The notes beneath the pieces were generated by a model. It did not search any database. It had not been told where the DNA came from and was given only the letters and a program-made list of their open reading frames with translations. A program made the position numbers and the translations under genes. DNA of 64,000 bases from IMG/VR virus record IMGVR_UViG_3300042731_005566. One strand, written 5' to 3'. Position 1 is the stretch's first letter. The number at the start of each line of letters is the position of its first letter. The DNA comes from an uncultured virus (IMG/VR IMGVR_UViG_3300042731_005566). Lineage: Duplodnaviria; Heunggongvirae; Uroviricota; Caudoviricetes. Below, in pieces: positions 1 through 9,688 of the stretch.

Positions 1-1
1 T

Positions 2-199
2 GAAGTTGCGGGGTCTGCGGCAGCAGCGCTCAAGGCTGTACAGTCGATCGTTCAGTCCATTCAGGACACCTACGATGGCAAGCTCACATTCGATCAGGTA
101 CGTACAGAGTTCGCGGAGCTACTAGCCAACCTCGAAACCAACGACGCTGCCGCAGACGAGGCACTGCGCCAAAGGTTCGACACAGACAAGGAGAACTAG
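2..199 (+). CDS. 3' end of hypothetical protein (runs off window start)
   Basis: Open frame from position 2 (EVAGSAAAALKAVQ...DKEN) to TAG at 197-199; contains the AAGGAG RBS of the next gene. Confidence 0.6.
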   Translation, partial: EVAGSAAAALKAVQSIVQSIQDTYDGKLTFDQVRTEFAELLANLETNDAAADEALRQRFDTDKEN

Positions 200-202
200 A
201 AC

Positions 203-646
203 ATGGCTATCAACTTTACCCTTGCCGAAGTCACGCCGCACCGTCTGCGGTACCTCTGCCTCGACGATGGGGATGCGACAGTCACCCCTTCGACCGGGCA
301 GATCGGAAACACCGGGGCAGGCACGCCAGATCTGCGTGCTGACGCGGCCGCGATTCACGATTCGCCGATCCACAAGCTGGTGTCCACTGCGGTGACCAGT
401 CAGGCGGACGCGCGCAAGCTGCTTGCGGGCGAGGGACTGACCACCGATGCGGACATCGATACGCCGCGCGCGCATCTGAAGCTCACGCCCAAGAACACGC
501 AGGCAACACAGATTCCGTGGGCGGTCGATGCCGATCTTGGCGTCGGTGGATCCGCTGGCTACGCCGTCATCAACGTCTATGGTTCGACGCTCGCGGGAGC
601 ACTCTGTTTCCTCGATGTCGAGTTCGAGCACACCATCACGAGGTAG
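203..646 (+). CDS. Putative virion structural protein, paralog family member A
   Basis: AAGGAG RBS; shares MAIxFTLAExTPHRLRYLC...D(V/I)EFEHTITR with 665..1075, and is related to 6083..6553 and 7313..7810; lies next to the fibre gene. Confidence 0.6.
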   Translation: MAINFTLAEVTPHRLRYLCLDDGDATVTPSTGQIGNTGAGTPDLRADAAAIHDSPIHKLVSTAVTSQADARKLLAGEGLTTDADIDTPRAHLKLTPKNTQATQIPWAVDADLGVGGSAGYAVINVYGSTLAGALCFLDVEFEHTITR

Positions 647-664
647 TCCTCACAGGAGAAGAAC

Positions 665-1075
665 ATGGCCATCACTTTCACACTCGCTGAATCCACGCCG
701 CATCGCCTTCGCTACCTCTGCACCAACGCGGGCGATACGCTTTTCCCATCCACTGGCACACTCGACAACGCGACGTTGCAGACCGACGCAATCGACGGCA
801 CGCCGATGGCGGACATCATGGCAACGGCGACAGCTGACCAAGCTGCGGCGCGTGAGCTACTGCTCGGGGAGGGCCTGACCACCCAGGCGGACATCAACAC
901 GCCGCGCTGTCACTGCAAGCTCACTCCACGCAACCTGGTCGCCGATCAGGAACCGTGGGCAGTGGATGCGGATGCGGCGGCGAACCATCCGGTGCTAGTC
1001 GTCTACGCCTGCGATGCCAGCGGTCCGACGTACGCGTACCTCGACATCGAATTCGAGCACACGATCACGCGGTAG
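665..1075 (+). CDS. Putative virion structural protein, paralog family member B
   Basis: AGGAG RBS; clear paralog of 203..646. Confidence 0.6.
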   Translation: MAITFTLAESTPHRLRYLCTNAGDTLFPSTGTLDNATLQTDAIDGTPMADIMATATADQAAARELLLGEGLTTQADINTPRCHCKLTPRNLVADQEPWAVDADAAANHPVLVVYACDASGPTYAYLDIEFEHTITR

Positions 1076-1660
1076 CTGCGTCCAGCCAGCGAAGCAGTGA
1101 CTGGTACGGTGTCGAGCATGCCGTACCATCACATAGTGCGGGCGGCCATCTAACCACTCGATCAGCTTCCGTGGTCGCGCTCGGATGAACGCGCTGTCCG
1201 CGCCAATATCCCGGTTGGGGTACGCTCCGTAGCCGTGGAATCGCCGTGTAAATGCCAGCGTGCCGGGCGCGAGCCATCGATCGGTGGGCGTCTCCCAGAA
1301 CGTGTCTGTAGCCTCTTCGTAGCTCCGAATCCCCCCAAACACGGACGCTTCTTTTCCGTCTCGGATAGCAGCTACCTGCACCGACACGCGAGCCGGCCCG
1401 TGCCAGTCATCGTCATCCCAGGTAACCAGGATGTCACCTTGCGCTAGCTGGACTAGCGCTTCGCGTTTCCAACCAAGAATCTTGCGCTCTTCCTGACGAA
1501 CTAGCCGAATACGTGAGTCTTTTGGAACCGTAATGGCTGGATCGCCGTCGTCCAGGACAACGAGTTCACGCTCTGTGTAGTCCTGTGCGAGGAAGTCTAC
1601 GATAGCCTGCTGGGCGCGTTGTGGACGGTCAGCAGTCGGCATCAAACAGGACACGAGCAT
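995..1660 (-). CDS. Glycosyltransferase family 2
   Basis: VSCLMPTADR, AQDYTERELVVLDDG and WDDDDW (DxD) GT-A motifs; its 3' end overlaps the convergent gene by about 80 nt. Confidence 0.85.
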   Translation of the reverse strand: MLVSCLMPTADRPQRAQQAIVDFLAQDYTERELVVLDDGDPAITVPKDSRIRLVRQEERKILGWKREALVQLAQGDILVTWDDDDWHGPARVSVQVAAIRDGKEASVFGGIRSYEEATDTFWETPTDRWLAPGTLAFTRRFHGYGAYPNRDIGADSAFIRARPRKLIEWLDGRPHYVMVRHARHRTSHCFAGWTQLPRDRVLEFDVEVRVRRTAGIAGVDD

Positions 1661-1673
1661 GCTACCTATCGTA

Positions 1674-1689
1674 GATCGCGGACGCGATC
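1674..1689. promoter_or_regulatory. Palindromic operator-like site GATCGCG-GA-CGCGATC (copy 1)
   Basis: Perfect 7-bp inverted repeat in the divergent gap between the GT2 and fibre genes; identical copy at 5991-6006 with the same ATTGAT 3' flank. Confidence 0.6.
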
Positions 1690-1726
1690 ATTGATAGGCT
1701 AATCAAAGTACGCGAATGGAGCATGC

Positions 1727-4700
1727 ATGGCCACGCAACTGAAGAACATCATCGCGTTTACGGCAGTCGGAGCCGGCGCACAGCAAACTGTCGCTCATGG
1801 TCTCAACATTGACGGTCGAGGGGTCACCCCCGACAAGCTGGAGTTCGACAACGGCGACTTCAGTTTTATCGCAGCCGACGCGACGAATGTGACAGTGCAA
1901 AACGATGGCGCAGGCGTTGCGAACTGCAATGTCATGTGTGAGCACTGGCTTACGGTCGAACGCACGTTCGGACCTGTTAGCATCACGTCACTTACACCAC
2001 AACCGTTCATCGTTGCAGGGTCTGGCGGCGGCGGCAGCAACGTAGCTGACTGGCTCGGTACAACGGGTGCGGATGTCAACGTTGGCAACGCAGCACCGCC
2101 CGTCGCTGGCCAGGTGCTCAAGGCGACAAATCCAACAACCGCAACCTGGCAAGCCGATAGCGGTGTGTCGAACCCGCTCATCCTCCAGACCGGCAACGGC
2201 ACGGTCACAGCGCCCAATGCTTACGCGTCAGGCGCAATCGGACATGGCATCGACGGCGACGTGGGCACTGCCGATGTCCAGGTTGATCCTACCGCAGCCG
2301 GGCTCGCGATTGGTTGGACGGACTCTTATACGGGCGGGACGGCGAGAGTCAAAGCTGGTGGTTTCGGTGGTGGTGGTGGTGGTGCATTCGCTCATGGATT
2401 CGCGACGCTTGGCGGGGCGTTCACTGCACTGATTGAAGCCGGGCATTCCGGATCGACTGCCTTCGGTTACGCGGATGGCAGTGGCGCAAACGCGTCGATT
2501 CGATCACGGGGGCGAGGTTCACAGGCTTTTGGTTGGGTGAGTGGAGGAACCGATGCTGCATACATCTACGCCGATGGCAGCGGATCATTCGCGGGCGGCT
2601 TTGCTTACGGCGCGTACGGTGCGCTGACACGCATTCGTGCGCAAGTCAGCGGATCGATGGCCTTCGGCAAAGTGTTCGGAGGTTCTGTTCGCACGAGTCT
2701 CAATGGCGCTCTCGCTGTGGGCTGCGGCAACAACCAGGGTGACGTACATGCGAGCGGTCTCGGTGCTGTTGCGCTCGGCTACGGCACTTACGGAGGTCTT
2801 GTCGAGGCATCTGCCAGCGGATCTGGGGCGGCTGGTCACGCATATGGCGCGACTGGTACTGTGCAGGCGTCTGGCGCAGGTGGTTGGGCATTCGGATACG
2901 CCTATGAAGGCGGTGTCTATGCGCTGGGTAGCGGATCATTCGCAGGTGGCTACGCCAAAGGTGTGGGCAGTGCCGTTCTTGCTACTCTTCGCGGCTCGGC
3001 TGCGTTCGGCGGTGCGTACGGTGGAGGAACCGTTGAATCGATCGATGCCGGTACGCTGGCCTCTGGCTACGCCTACTCCGGCGGTCTGATTCAGGCGGAT
3101 GGGCGTGGATCCCAGGCAATGGGTCTGGCTCAGAACAACGGTGACATCCTCACGAACGCCTACGGCGCGATGGCACGTGGTTTCTGTGACGGCAACAACT
3201 CACAGATCACGGCGGCGGATCGTGGTGCGTTCGCGTCGGGTACCGCGTTGACGGATGGAGATCTTCTGGTTTTCGGCTACGGCTCACACGGTGTCGGCGA
3301 TGTTCGTGACGGAGCCAAGATCGGTACAGCCGCTGCTAGCCATGGCTGCTTCGCTGGTGGCTATGCGAGCGATGGAGCATCGCTCATCTACTCGCGAGAA
3401 GGTGGCTGTTTCGCCTTCGGTCGAGCGCAGTTCGAGGGCGACATCACTGCACGTGGTGTAGGTGGCTTCGCGCTTGGGGCTGCGAACGGTACTGCGACTT
3501 ACGGCCACGCCAAGATCTACACGAACGCAACAGGCGGTCTCGCGCAAGGCTACGTACGCGACACCCAGCCTCTAGGCGTGCAGTTTTCACAGATCCTTTG
3601 CTACGGCAAGGGAGCGTTCTCCGCTGGTTACGTTAACCAGCGTGGTACGATCTCAGCGAGTGGTGGTGGAGCGCATGCAGGTGGCTACGCGTCATCAGCT
3701 GCTATCTATGCAGGCGGTGAAGTACCTGCAAGCATCGAAGCCAGCGCACTTGGCGCGTTTGCGCATGGATTTTCCAAGCGTCCAGTGACTGCTGGTGTAA
3801 CTTCTTACATGCGTGCGAGTGCAGCGGGAGCCTGGGCCGGTGGTTACGCGATAGGATATCTTTCCACGAGTGCTATTGAAGCTCAGAGTAAAGGGTCCCT
3901 TGCGCATGGTTACGCCCTCTCAGGTACTATCTACGCTAGCGCGCAAGGCGCTTTCGCGTCCGGGTTCAGCTCACTCAACGGAAGTATCGACGCAAGTGGT
4001 TATGGCGCGCTCGCCGGTGGGAGCGCGTTAGCAGCGGGGATCAACAACGCCAACATACAGGCGCAAGGCGTTGGCGCGTTTGCATTCGGCACTGCTGCTA
4101 CTGGATACCCTACTGTCGGTTACGAGAGCCGCCTTCGTGCCTACGGAAACGGATCTTGGGCGGGTGGCGATGCGATTGCTACCACCTATGGAATAGCAAC
4201 CTCGCGAATTCAGGCGCTTGATCACGGTGCTCTCGCACATGGCTACAACGTAGATAGCTACATCGAGGCGCAGTCGAAAGGTTCACAAGCGTTCGGCTTC
4301 GCGGACAGTGCTGGCTACATCTATTCGTCAGCGTATGGTGCGTTTGCGTCTGGCCACGCAAAAGACTCTGCATACATTTATGCGTCTGGCAAGGGCGCAC
4401 GTGCTCACGGGTACGGAAAGGGCGGGCTTGCTACAGCACGGATTGGAGCGAGTGGGGGAGGTGCATTCGCGTTCGGATACGTGACTGCTCTCGAAAGCGC
4501 GGCAGGAATTTTTGCAACTAGTCGCGGCACATTCGCTGGCGGTAGCGTGCAAGGAACCTACAACATCACCGCATCCTCATCCGGGGCGTTCGCGTTTGGT
4601 CGGGCCGACACAGGCAACATTCAAGCAACGGCTTCTAACGCTGTGCAGTTCGGTGTCGGTGTCAACAGTGCCTCGAACACGATGCAGATTGGCAGTGCGG

Positions 4701-4825
4701 GTCTGCGTTTCTGGGGCGCTGGTTATCCGGTAGCACCACAAGATGGTGACATCTGGGTCAACAACAACTACGTGTATATCAGATCGAATGGCGTCAGCTG
4801 CAAGTGCGTGAACGCCGCTATGTAG
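1727..4825 (+). CDS. Long Gly/Ala-rich repeat fibre/adhesin (YadA-head-like beta-roll repeats), probable tail fibre
   Basis: 1032 aa with dozens of I-x-A-S-G-x-G-A-F-A-x-G-Y-A repeats, an AGQVLKAT linker and a C-terminal GDIWVNNNYVYIR motif typical of fibre ends. Confidence 0.65.
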   Translation: MATQLKNIIAFTAVGAGAQQTVAHGLNIDGRGVTPDKLEFDNGDFSFIAADATNVTVQNDGAGVANCNVMCEHWLTVERTFGPVSITSLTPQPFIVAGSGGGGSNVADWLGTTGADVNVGNAAPPVAGQVLKATNPTTATWQADSGVSNPLILQTGNGTVTAPNAYASGAIGHGIDGDVGTADVQVDPTAAGLAIGWTDSYTGGTARVKAGGFGGGGGGAFAHGFATLGGAFTALIEAGHSGSTAFGYADGSGANASIRSRGRGSQAFGWVSGGTDAAYIYADGSGSFAGGFAYGAYGALTRIRAQVSGSMAFGKVFGGSVRTSLNGALAVGCGNNQGDVHASGLGAVALGYGTYGGLVEASASGSGAAGHAYGATGTVQASGAGGWAFGYAYEGGVYALGSGSFAGGYAKGVGSAVLATLRGSAAFGGAYGGGTVESIDAGTLASGYAYSGGLIQADGRGSQAMGLAQNNGDILTNAYGAMARGFCDGNNSQITAADRGAFASGTALTDGDLLVFGYGSHGVGDVRDGAKIGTAAASHGCFAGGYASDGASLIYSREGGCFAFGRAQFEGDITARGVGGFALGAANGTATYGHAKIYTNATGGLAQGYVRDTQPLGVQFSQILCYGKGAFSAGYVNQRGTISASGGGAHAGGYASSAAIYAGGEVPASIEASALGAFAHGFSKRPVTAGVTSYMRASAAGAWAGGYAIGYLSTSAIEAQSKGSLAHGYALSGTIYASAQGAFASGFSSLNGSIDASGYGALAGGSALAAGINNANIQAQGVGAFAFGTAATGYPTVGYESRLRAYGNGSWAGGDAIATTYGIATSRIQALDHGALAHGYNVDSYIEAQSKGSQAFGFADSAGYIYSSAYGAFASGHAKDSAYIYASGKGARAHGYGKGGLATARIGASGGGAFAFGYVTALESAAGIFATSRGTFAGGSVQGTYNITASSSGAFAFGRADTGNIQATASNAVQFGVGVNSASNTMQIGSAGLRFWGAGYPVAPQDGDIWVNNNYVYIRSNGVSCKCVNAAM

Positions 4826-4839
4826 AAAGGTGAGACGAG

Positions 4840-5070
4840 ATGCCCAAGCAGAAATGGGAGTTGCGCGGAAACAAGCTGGCGGTAGTGACGCCGGCTGTGA
4901 AAGAGCAAGTTGAAGAGGTCGGAGTCGAGAGGCTCGACCGTGAAATCCAGCGTGTTCAACGACGCAAAGGAGTCACCGAGCAACGGCTTGCTGCTGTACA
5001 GGCAGAGCTGGACAAGTGGACCACGAAAGAAGCTGAGCTTCTCGCCCTGCGTGCCCAACTCGGGGATTGA
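4840..5070 (+). CDS. Small coiled-coil protein
   Basis: AAAGGTGAG RBS; 76 aa with heptad-like charged helix; directly follows the fibre gene. Confidence 0.6.
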   Translation: MPKQKWELRGNKLAVVTPAVKEQVEEVGVERLDREIQRVQRRKGVTEQRLAAVQAELDKWTTKEAELLALRAQLGD

Positions 5071-5137
5071 TGTCACAGTGACGTGCTAGAGTTCCGGCGC
5101 GAACGTGAAACACAAACGTCGGTCCAGGAAGCGCGTC

Positions 5138-5968
5138 ATGAAATTCAACGTCATCGCCGGGATGCCCCGCGCGGGGTCTACCCTCCTCTGCAATATTCTC
5201 AACCAGAACCCACGCTTCTACGCGTCGAGTACGAGCTGCATTGCGCAGACCGTACGGTCGATCAGCGGGTTCTGGTCGCGGTCTCCTGAAGTCAAATCCG
5301 AGCTGATCAACGACAAGGAGAAAACAGAAGCACGCATGATCGGAGCTGTACGTGCGTTGGTCGAGGGTTGGTACAAAGACCTCGACGCCGAGGTTGTGTT
5401 CGACAAGGGACGTTTCTGGAACCTGGGCGCACCACTCTTACGTCAGCTCTTCCCCGACGCGCACATGTTCGTCTGTGTTCGCGATTTGCGAATGATCTTC
5501 GCCAGCGTCGAGAAGCAGCACGAGAAGAACCCAATGATCGACGAGGCAGATAACGCCGCTGAGCTGACGAAGTACAACCGTGCGGATCGCATGTTCGGAC
5601 CGCAAGGGATACTAGGTCAGCAAATCATGGGCATCGAGGACCTGATGCGGCGTAATCTGCACGATGCGGACGGCAAGCCCTACGTGCACACGATCCAGTA
5701 CGAGACGTTTGCGCAGAATCCCCAACTTGTCCTCGACCGAATCTACACAGTGCTGGGTGAAAAACCGTTCGAGCACGATTTCGAGAACGTGAAGCCTAGT
5801 GCCGGGTCCACTGACGTTGATGGCCTCTACAACTACAAATATCCCCACGAGGGCATCGGTAAGGTCGAGGCTCGGCCTGAAGACTGGCGTGAATACGTGC
5901 CGCCAGACATCGCGAGCCTAATCATGCAGAAATTCGCGGCCTACAACCGCGCTTTCGGTTACCAGTAG
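5138..5968 (+). CDS. Sulfotransferase (PAPS-dependent, Sulfotransfer_3-like)
   Basis: IAGMPRAGSTLL 5'-PSB loop, FDK, VRDLRMIFAS 3'-PB motif and IQYETF; start placed at ATG 5138 after AGGAAG. Confidence 0.85.
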   Translation: MKFNVIAGMPRAGSTLLCNILNQNPRFYASSTSCIAQTVRSISGFWSRSPEVKSELINDKEKTEARMIGAVRALVEGWYKDLDAEVVFDKGRFWNLGAPLLRQLFPDAHMFVCVRDLRMIFASVEKQHEKNPMIDEADNAAELTKYNRADRMFGPQGILGQQIMGIEDLMRRNLHDADGKPYVHTIQYETFAQNPQLVLDRIYTVLGEKPFEHDFENVKPSAGSTDVDGLYNYKYPHEGIGKVEARPEDWREYVPPDIASLIMQKFAAYNRAFGYQ

Positions 5969-5990
5969 CATCTAGTCGCGGTAATCATTT

Positions 5991-6036
5991 GATCGCGGAC
6001 GCGATCATTGATTCTGGACAATGCCTCGTATATCCT
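5991..6036 (+). promoter_or_regulatory. Operator-like palindrome (copy 2) abutting a sigma70-like promoter
   Basis: GATCGCGGACGCGATC at 5991-6006, then TTGATT-17 nt-TATCCT (6008-6036) upstream of 6083. Confidence 0.55.
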
Positions 6037-6082
6037 GGCAACAACGGGGGCGGAGCCTCCGACTGACACCAAGGAGAGAAGC

Positions 6083-6553
6083 ATGGCCCTCACCGCGACC
6101 CTGGTCGAATCAACTGCGAATCGCCTCCGGTATCTTCTGGAGAACACATCTCCGCCAGGCACGACTGTCACCATCGCAAATGATGGTGGTGCCTCGCCAG
6201 ACCTTCAAACGGACCTTGCAACCGACCCCTCGGGGCCACTTCGCAAGATCATTCGGGCGCGTCTCGATGGAATCGGCACAATCGCTGCTGGTACGCCACT
6301 TACGCAAGCACAAGCTCGTGACATCCTCAACAGTGATGGCGGCGGCGCCAGCGTCGGCAACAATGCGGTCCCCCGTGCTATCTGCAAGGTGACGCCGCGT
6401 GCGGCAGGCACAACGGGCGTGGCCAACTGGGCAGTAGACGTGGACGTAGATGGCGACGGCGATCCGGTCGTGGTCATCACCACCCAGGACGCCGGCTTCG
6501 GCGACGGCGACGCCTATCTCGATATCCACGTTCGGCACAGTTACGATCTGTAG
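6083..6553 (+). CDS. Putative virion structural protein, paralog family member C
   Basis: AAGGAG RBS; MALTATLVESTANRLRYLL...WAVDVD...AYLDIHVRHSYDL. Confidence 0.6.
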   Translation: MALTATLVESTANRLRYLLENTSPPGTTVTIANDGGASPDLQTDLATDPSGPLRKIIRARLDGIGTIAAGTPLTQAQARDILNSDGGGASVGNNAVPRAICKVTPRAAGTTGVANWAVDVDVDGDGDPVVVITTQDAGFGDGDAYLDIHVRHSYDL

Positions 6554-6559
6554 GAGTCG

Positions 6560-7300
6560 ATGACCGCGCCGCGCATCTGGTGGGACAGGCTCTGGGACCT
6601 TGTGCGAGGCTGCACGAAGGTTGGCGCGGGATGTGCGAACTGTTGCTCCCTTGATCGCTTCGTGAACTACTATGGCCCCGGACGGCCTTACACAGGCGGT
6701 GACATCCTCGACGTCGAGAAGGGTGTCTGGTCTGGGAACGTCGAGCTTCGTGAGGACTGTTGGGATCAGCCTGCGCTGCTTCCACGATCCATGCGTGTGT
6801 TTGTCGCTGGGATGGGCGACCTGTTCCACGCGAACGTACCAGACGCGTACATCGATCAGGTGTTTCGCATCATGGAAACGGTTACACAGCATCAGTATCT
6901 CGTGCTGACCAAACGAGTTACGCGAATGCGTGACTACGTGCAGAAGCGCTCTACGGTACCCGATCACATCCTGCTCGGTGCGTCAGTCGAAAACCAGGAA
7001 TGTGCAGACGAACGCTTGCCGGTACTCACCGACATTTCGCACGCCCATCTCTGGGTAAACTGCGAGCCCTTGTTGAGCCCTGTTGACCTTTGGCCTTATC
7101 TGCCCAAGCTCGTGTGGCTGACAGCAGGGCCAGAGGAAGCTCGTCCTGGGGCACGTCCTATGAAACCGGAGTGGATACGTTCACTACGCGACCAATGCGC
7201 TGACGTGGACATTCCGTTCTTCTCGAAGGATTACTTGATCGACGGCGTTGCCTACGTCGATTTTTTCACGCCGCGGCAGAGGCAACGCGCGGCCTCGTAA
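6560..7300 (+). CDS. Phage Gp37Gp68 / DUF5131 family protein (radical-SAM-like)
   Basis: GCTKVGAGCANC (CX6CX2C), FVAGMGDLFH, LTKR, GASVENQ, EPLL, WIRSLRDQC and PFF motifs. Confidence 0.85.
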   Translation: MTAPRIWWDRLWDLVRGCTKVGAGCANCCSLDRFVNYYGPGRPYTGGDILDVEKGVWSGNVELREDCWDQPALLPRSMRVFVAGMGDLFHANVPDAYIDQVFRIMETVTQHQYLVLTKRVTRMRDYVQKRSTVPDHILLGASVENQECADERLPVLTDISHAHLWVNCEPLLSPVDLWPYLPKLVWLTAGPEEARPGARPMKPEWIRSLRDQCADVDIPFFSKDYLIDGVAYVDFFTPRQRQRAAS

Positions 7301-7312
7301 AGGAGCACCCCG

Positions 7313-7810
7313 ATGGGTCTTGTCTACTCTGTCAATCTCACGCTCGTACATGCCACGCCATACACGCTTCGGTACCTCTGTGAGGATACGGGCCAGCCAG
7401 GCTCGACGACCATCGTGAACGCCGATACAGCCCCGGTCCTTCCTGACACAGCTGACCTGCGTTACGACGCCCTCAGCGCGGCAGGGCATGGCGCAGGGGG
7501 ACTGCCTCTACGTGCACTGCTTGGTGTAGCCGTGACCAGTCAAGCAGAAGCTCGGCATCTCCTGATGGCAGACGCCGCTGCGGGGGTCACGCCGGGAATC
7601 GCGAACCTGCACCGCGCGAAGGCTGAGGTGATGGCACGCAACGTTGCTGCCAGCGGTATGGGTTGGGCCATCGACGCAGACCTCGGAGTGGGTGCCAGTG
7701 CAGGTTATGCCGTCCTGGTGATCACGCCGCCTGGGGGCGGCGACGGCTTCGCCTACCTGACGTTGCACCTCGATCACAGCTACGACGACGGGCCGTACTA
7801 CAACATCTAG
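7313..7810 (+). CDS. Putative virion structural protein, paralog family member D
   Basis: AAGGAG RBS; LTLVHATPYTLRYLC...WAIDADLGVGASAGYAV...HSYD. Confidence 0.6.
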   Translation: MGLVYSVNLTLVHATPYTLRYLCEDTGQPGSTTIVNADTAPVLPDTADLRYDALSAAGHGAGGLPLRALLGVAVTSQAEARHLLMADAAAGVTPGIANLHRAKAEVMARNVAASGMGWAIDADLGVGASAGYAVLVITPPGGGDGFAYLTLHLDHSYDDGPYYNI

Positions 7811-8050
7811 TGTGTTGTGGTCCGCGTTTTGCGGGGTAGTGCCAAAAGGAGAACGAGTACATGGCTCGATACTGCATAAAGTGCCATAGGCGTGCGCCAG
7901 AAGTGAAGGAGTGCCCTAGCGGCTGGCGTGAAGTCCGGTCCCATGGGCGCCTGTAAGAAGAAACTTACTTGGGCCGCAGCCTGGAAGAGGCGTGAATCCC
8001 GTATGGGATTGCATGAGTAGATGGCACGAATACGAAGTGTGAGTAGGTAG

Positions 8051-8296
8051 GTGGCACGAATACGGAGATCGATATTGGAGTCGCGTTCGCGGGGTCCGAT
8101 TGGTGCTGAGACGAGCGTCGATGTACTCGTGTCAGAGCGTACATCTGGCCAGGAACCGACATACCGGATCATTTGCGGTGTTTCGCCGGAGAGTACGCGA
8201 ACACAGCTTATTGGCGGCACGGTCTATCTGGAGACGCAAGACGTCGCCAAGGCACGCGCCGCTTGGCCGCGGAGCTGCAAGCGAAGAAAGGCATGA
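8051..8296 (+). CDS. Hypothetical protein
   Basis: ORF ending in an ATGA overlap with the next gene; weak support. Confidence 0.4.
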   Translation: MARIRRSILESRSRGPIGAETSVDVLVSERTSGQEPTYRIICGVSPESTRTQLIGGTVYLETQDVAKARAAWPRSCKRRKA

Positions 8297-8634
8297 CAAT
8301 GAAACGCCGTGGGCTTGGCGGAGATGATGTGGATCATCTAGCACGTGCTGCTAACTACGTGCAGAAAGCGTGGCTCGACTTGGAGAGGATGCCACCGACG
8401 TGCGAAGGCGGTATTCGTATCGCCAGCCGAGCGTTTAGTTATGCTGAGCGTGCACAAGCGGAGCTGAGTGCCGTTGAGGATCGGCAACTTCGCGCGCGGC
8501 ATTCAGAGACGTTCAGGCAGGCAAATAGCGCCTCAAACGCTGCCTGGGAGACAATCAACTTCTACGCCGGTATCTGTCGAGCGCCCTACAACCAGACTCG
8601 CAAGGTACCGATGTTCTCACGTCGAAGAAAGTGA
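8293..8634 (+). CDS. Hypothetical protein
   Basis: AAAGG RBS; GTGA overlap with the next gene. Confidence 0.55.
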   Translation: MTMKRRGLGGDDVDHLARAANYVQKAWLDLERMPPTCEGGIRIASRAFSYAERAQAELSAVEDRQLRARHSETFRQANSASNAAWETINFYAGICRAPYNQTRKVPMFSRRRK

Positions 8635-8897
8635 CGATGGCTAGAACACGCACATTGCGCTACGGAGACTTCTACACGAACAAAGAGTTAATGGCGGAAG
8701 CGCGTCGTCAATGCAAGCTACACAAAGTGGGACGTGCTCGCCAGTGGGCGATCGGCATCGGCAAGGAGGTCTACTTCAACGTGTCGTGCGCTCGCGGAAA
8801 GCTCGATTTCGTGCTTCCCAAACGGCGTGACCTTCACGACCCAATAAACCGCCCGTTCACACCGCGGCTGGTCTCCAAGATCCGCAGCGGTTCTTAG
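8631..8897 (+). CDS. Small basic hypothetical protein
   Basis: Coupled ORF convergent with the GT2 gene. Confidence 0.5.
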   Translation: MTMARTRTLRYGDFYTNKELMAEARRQCKLHKVGRARQWAIGIGKEVYFNVSCARGKLDFVLPKRRDLHDPINRPFTPRLVSKIRSGS

Positions 8898-9688
8898 CCC
8901 ACATCACCACGAAGCAAGTAGGCGGCTTCGTACTTCGCGAGGTCGTCACCCATCAGCTCACTGAGATCTCCGTCCCACTGTCGCCACACAGGATCACGTT
9001 CAGCGTCCCGACTACAGATTCGATTCGAGACGTTTTGTCCGTGGGCAAAGGCCACGTAGAGATACGGCGGCTGACGAAGCCGCGCAAGCCGCGCACCGTA
9101 TTGCGTAAGAAGCTTGTAGACAAATAGGTCGTCGCTGCCGCGAGCTTTCGCGGGGAAGCCGATCATCAGGCCGAGCTTTCGTCGAAAGCACATCGTACCC
9201 GATATCAAGTAGGAGGGCGGATCGGTGACACAGCGAAGCTGGTATTGGCCCGTGAAGCGTTCCTTGTCGCTCAGGATGTGCAACAGGAAGGTCCAATCAC
9301 CGACAACGTCAACGTCGTCCGTAATCAACGCGGCGGTCGCTTCGAGGCGCGTCGGTGCATGCCAGTCGTCGTCAGCCCAGAGTGCTACCCACTCGGAGCG
9401 TGCCGCTTCAATGCACGCGTTGTATTTCTCGCCGAGCGTTCGAGTGCCTTCCAAACAGAGGTATCGGACCCGGCCGTTGGCATCGAAAGGGATCAGGTTG
9501 GAGACGTGTTCTTGCTCGCCGTCAGGACGCGTTGGATCTCGTGGGATCAGTAGAGGACCGTCTACCACCACTACCAGCTCAGAGTCAGCGTAGGTCTGGC
9601 GTTGCCAGCACTCGATGGCCAGCGGCAGGCACCACCAGCGTGACGCGGTGGTAGGACAGACGCACGATATTTGGGGTCGGCGCCTCAA
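8894..9688 (-). CDS. Glycosyltransferase family 2 (paralog of 995..1660)
   Basis: ISCVCPT, RQTYADSELVVVVDG, LGEKYN, WADDDWH and GTMCFRR; start overlaps the stop of the upstream RHH gene. Confidence 0.85.
   Translation of the reverse strand: MRRRPQISCVCPTTASRWWCLPLAIECWQRQTYADSELVVVVDGPLLIPRDPTRPDGEQEHVSNLIPFDANGRVRYLCLEGTRTLGEKYNACIEAARSEWVALWADDDWHAPTRLEATAALITDDVDVVGDWTFLLHILSDKERFTGQYQLRCVTDPPSYLISGTMCFRRKLGLMIGFPAKARGSDDLFVYKLLTQYGARLARLRQPPYLYVAFAHGQNVSNRICSRDAERDPVWRQWDGDLSELMGDDLAKYEAAYLLRGDVG

Noticed and set aside
6226..6235. Minus-strand copy of the hairpin motif (CCCCTCGGGG)
   Set aside because: Inside a CDS, with non-complementary immediate flanks and no downstream RBS; compatible with chance
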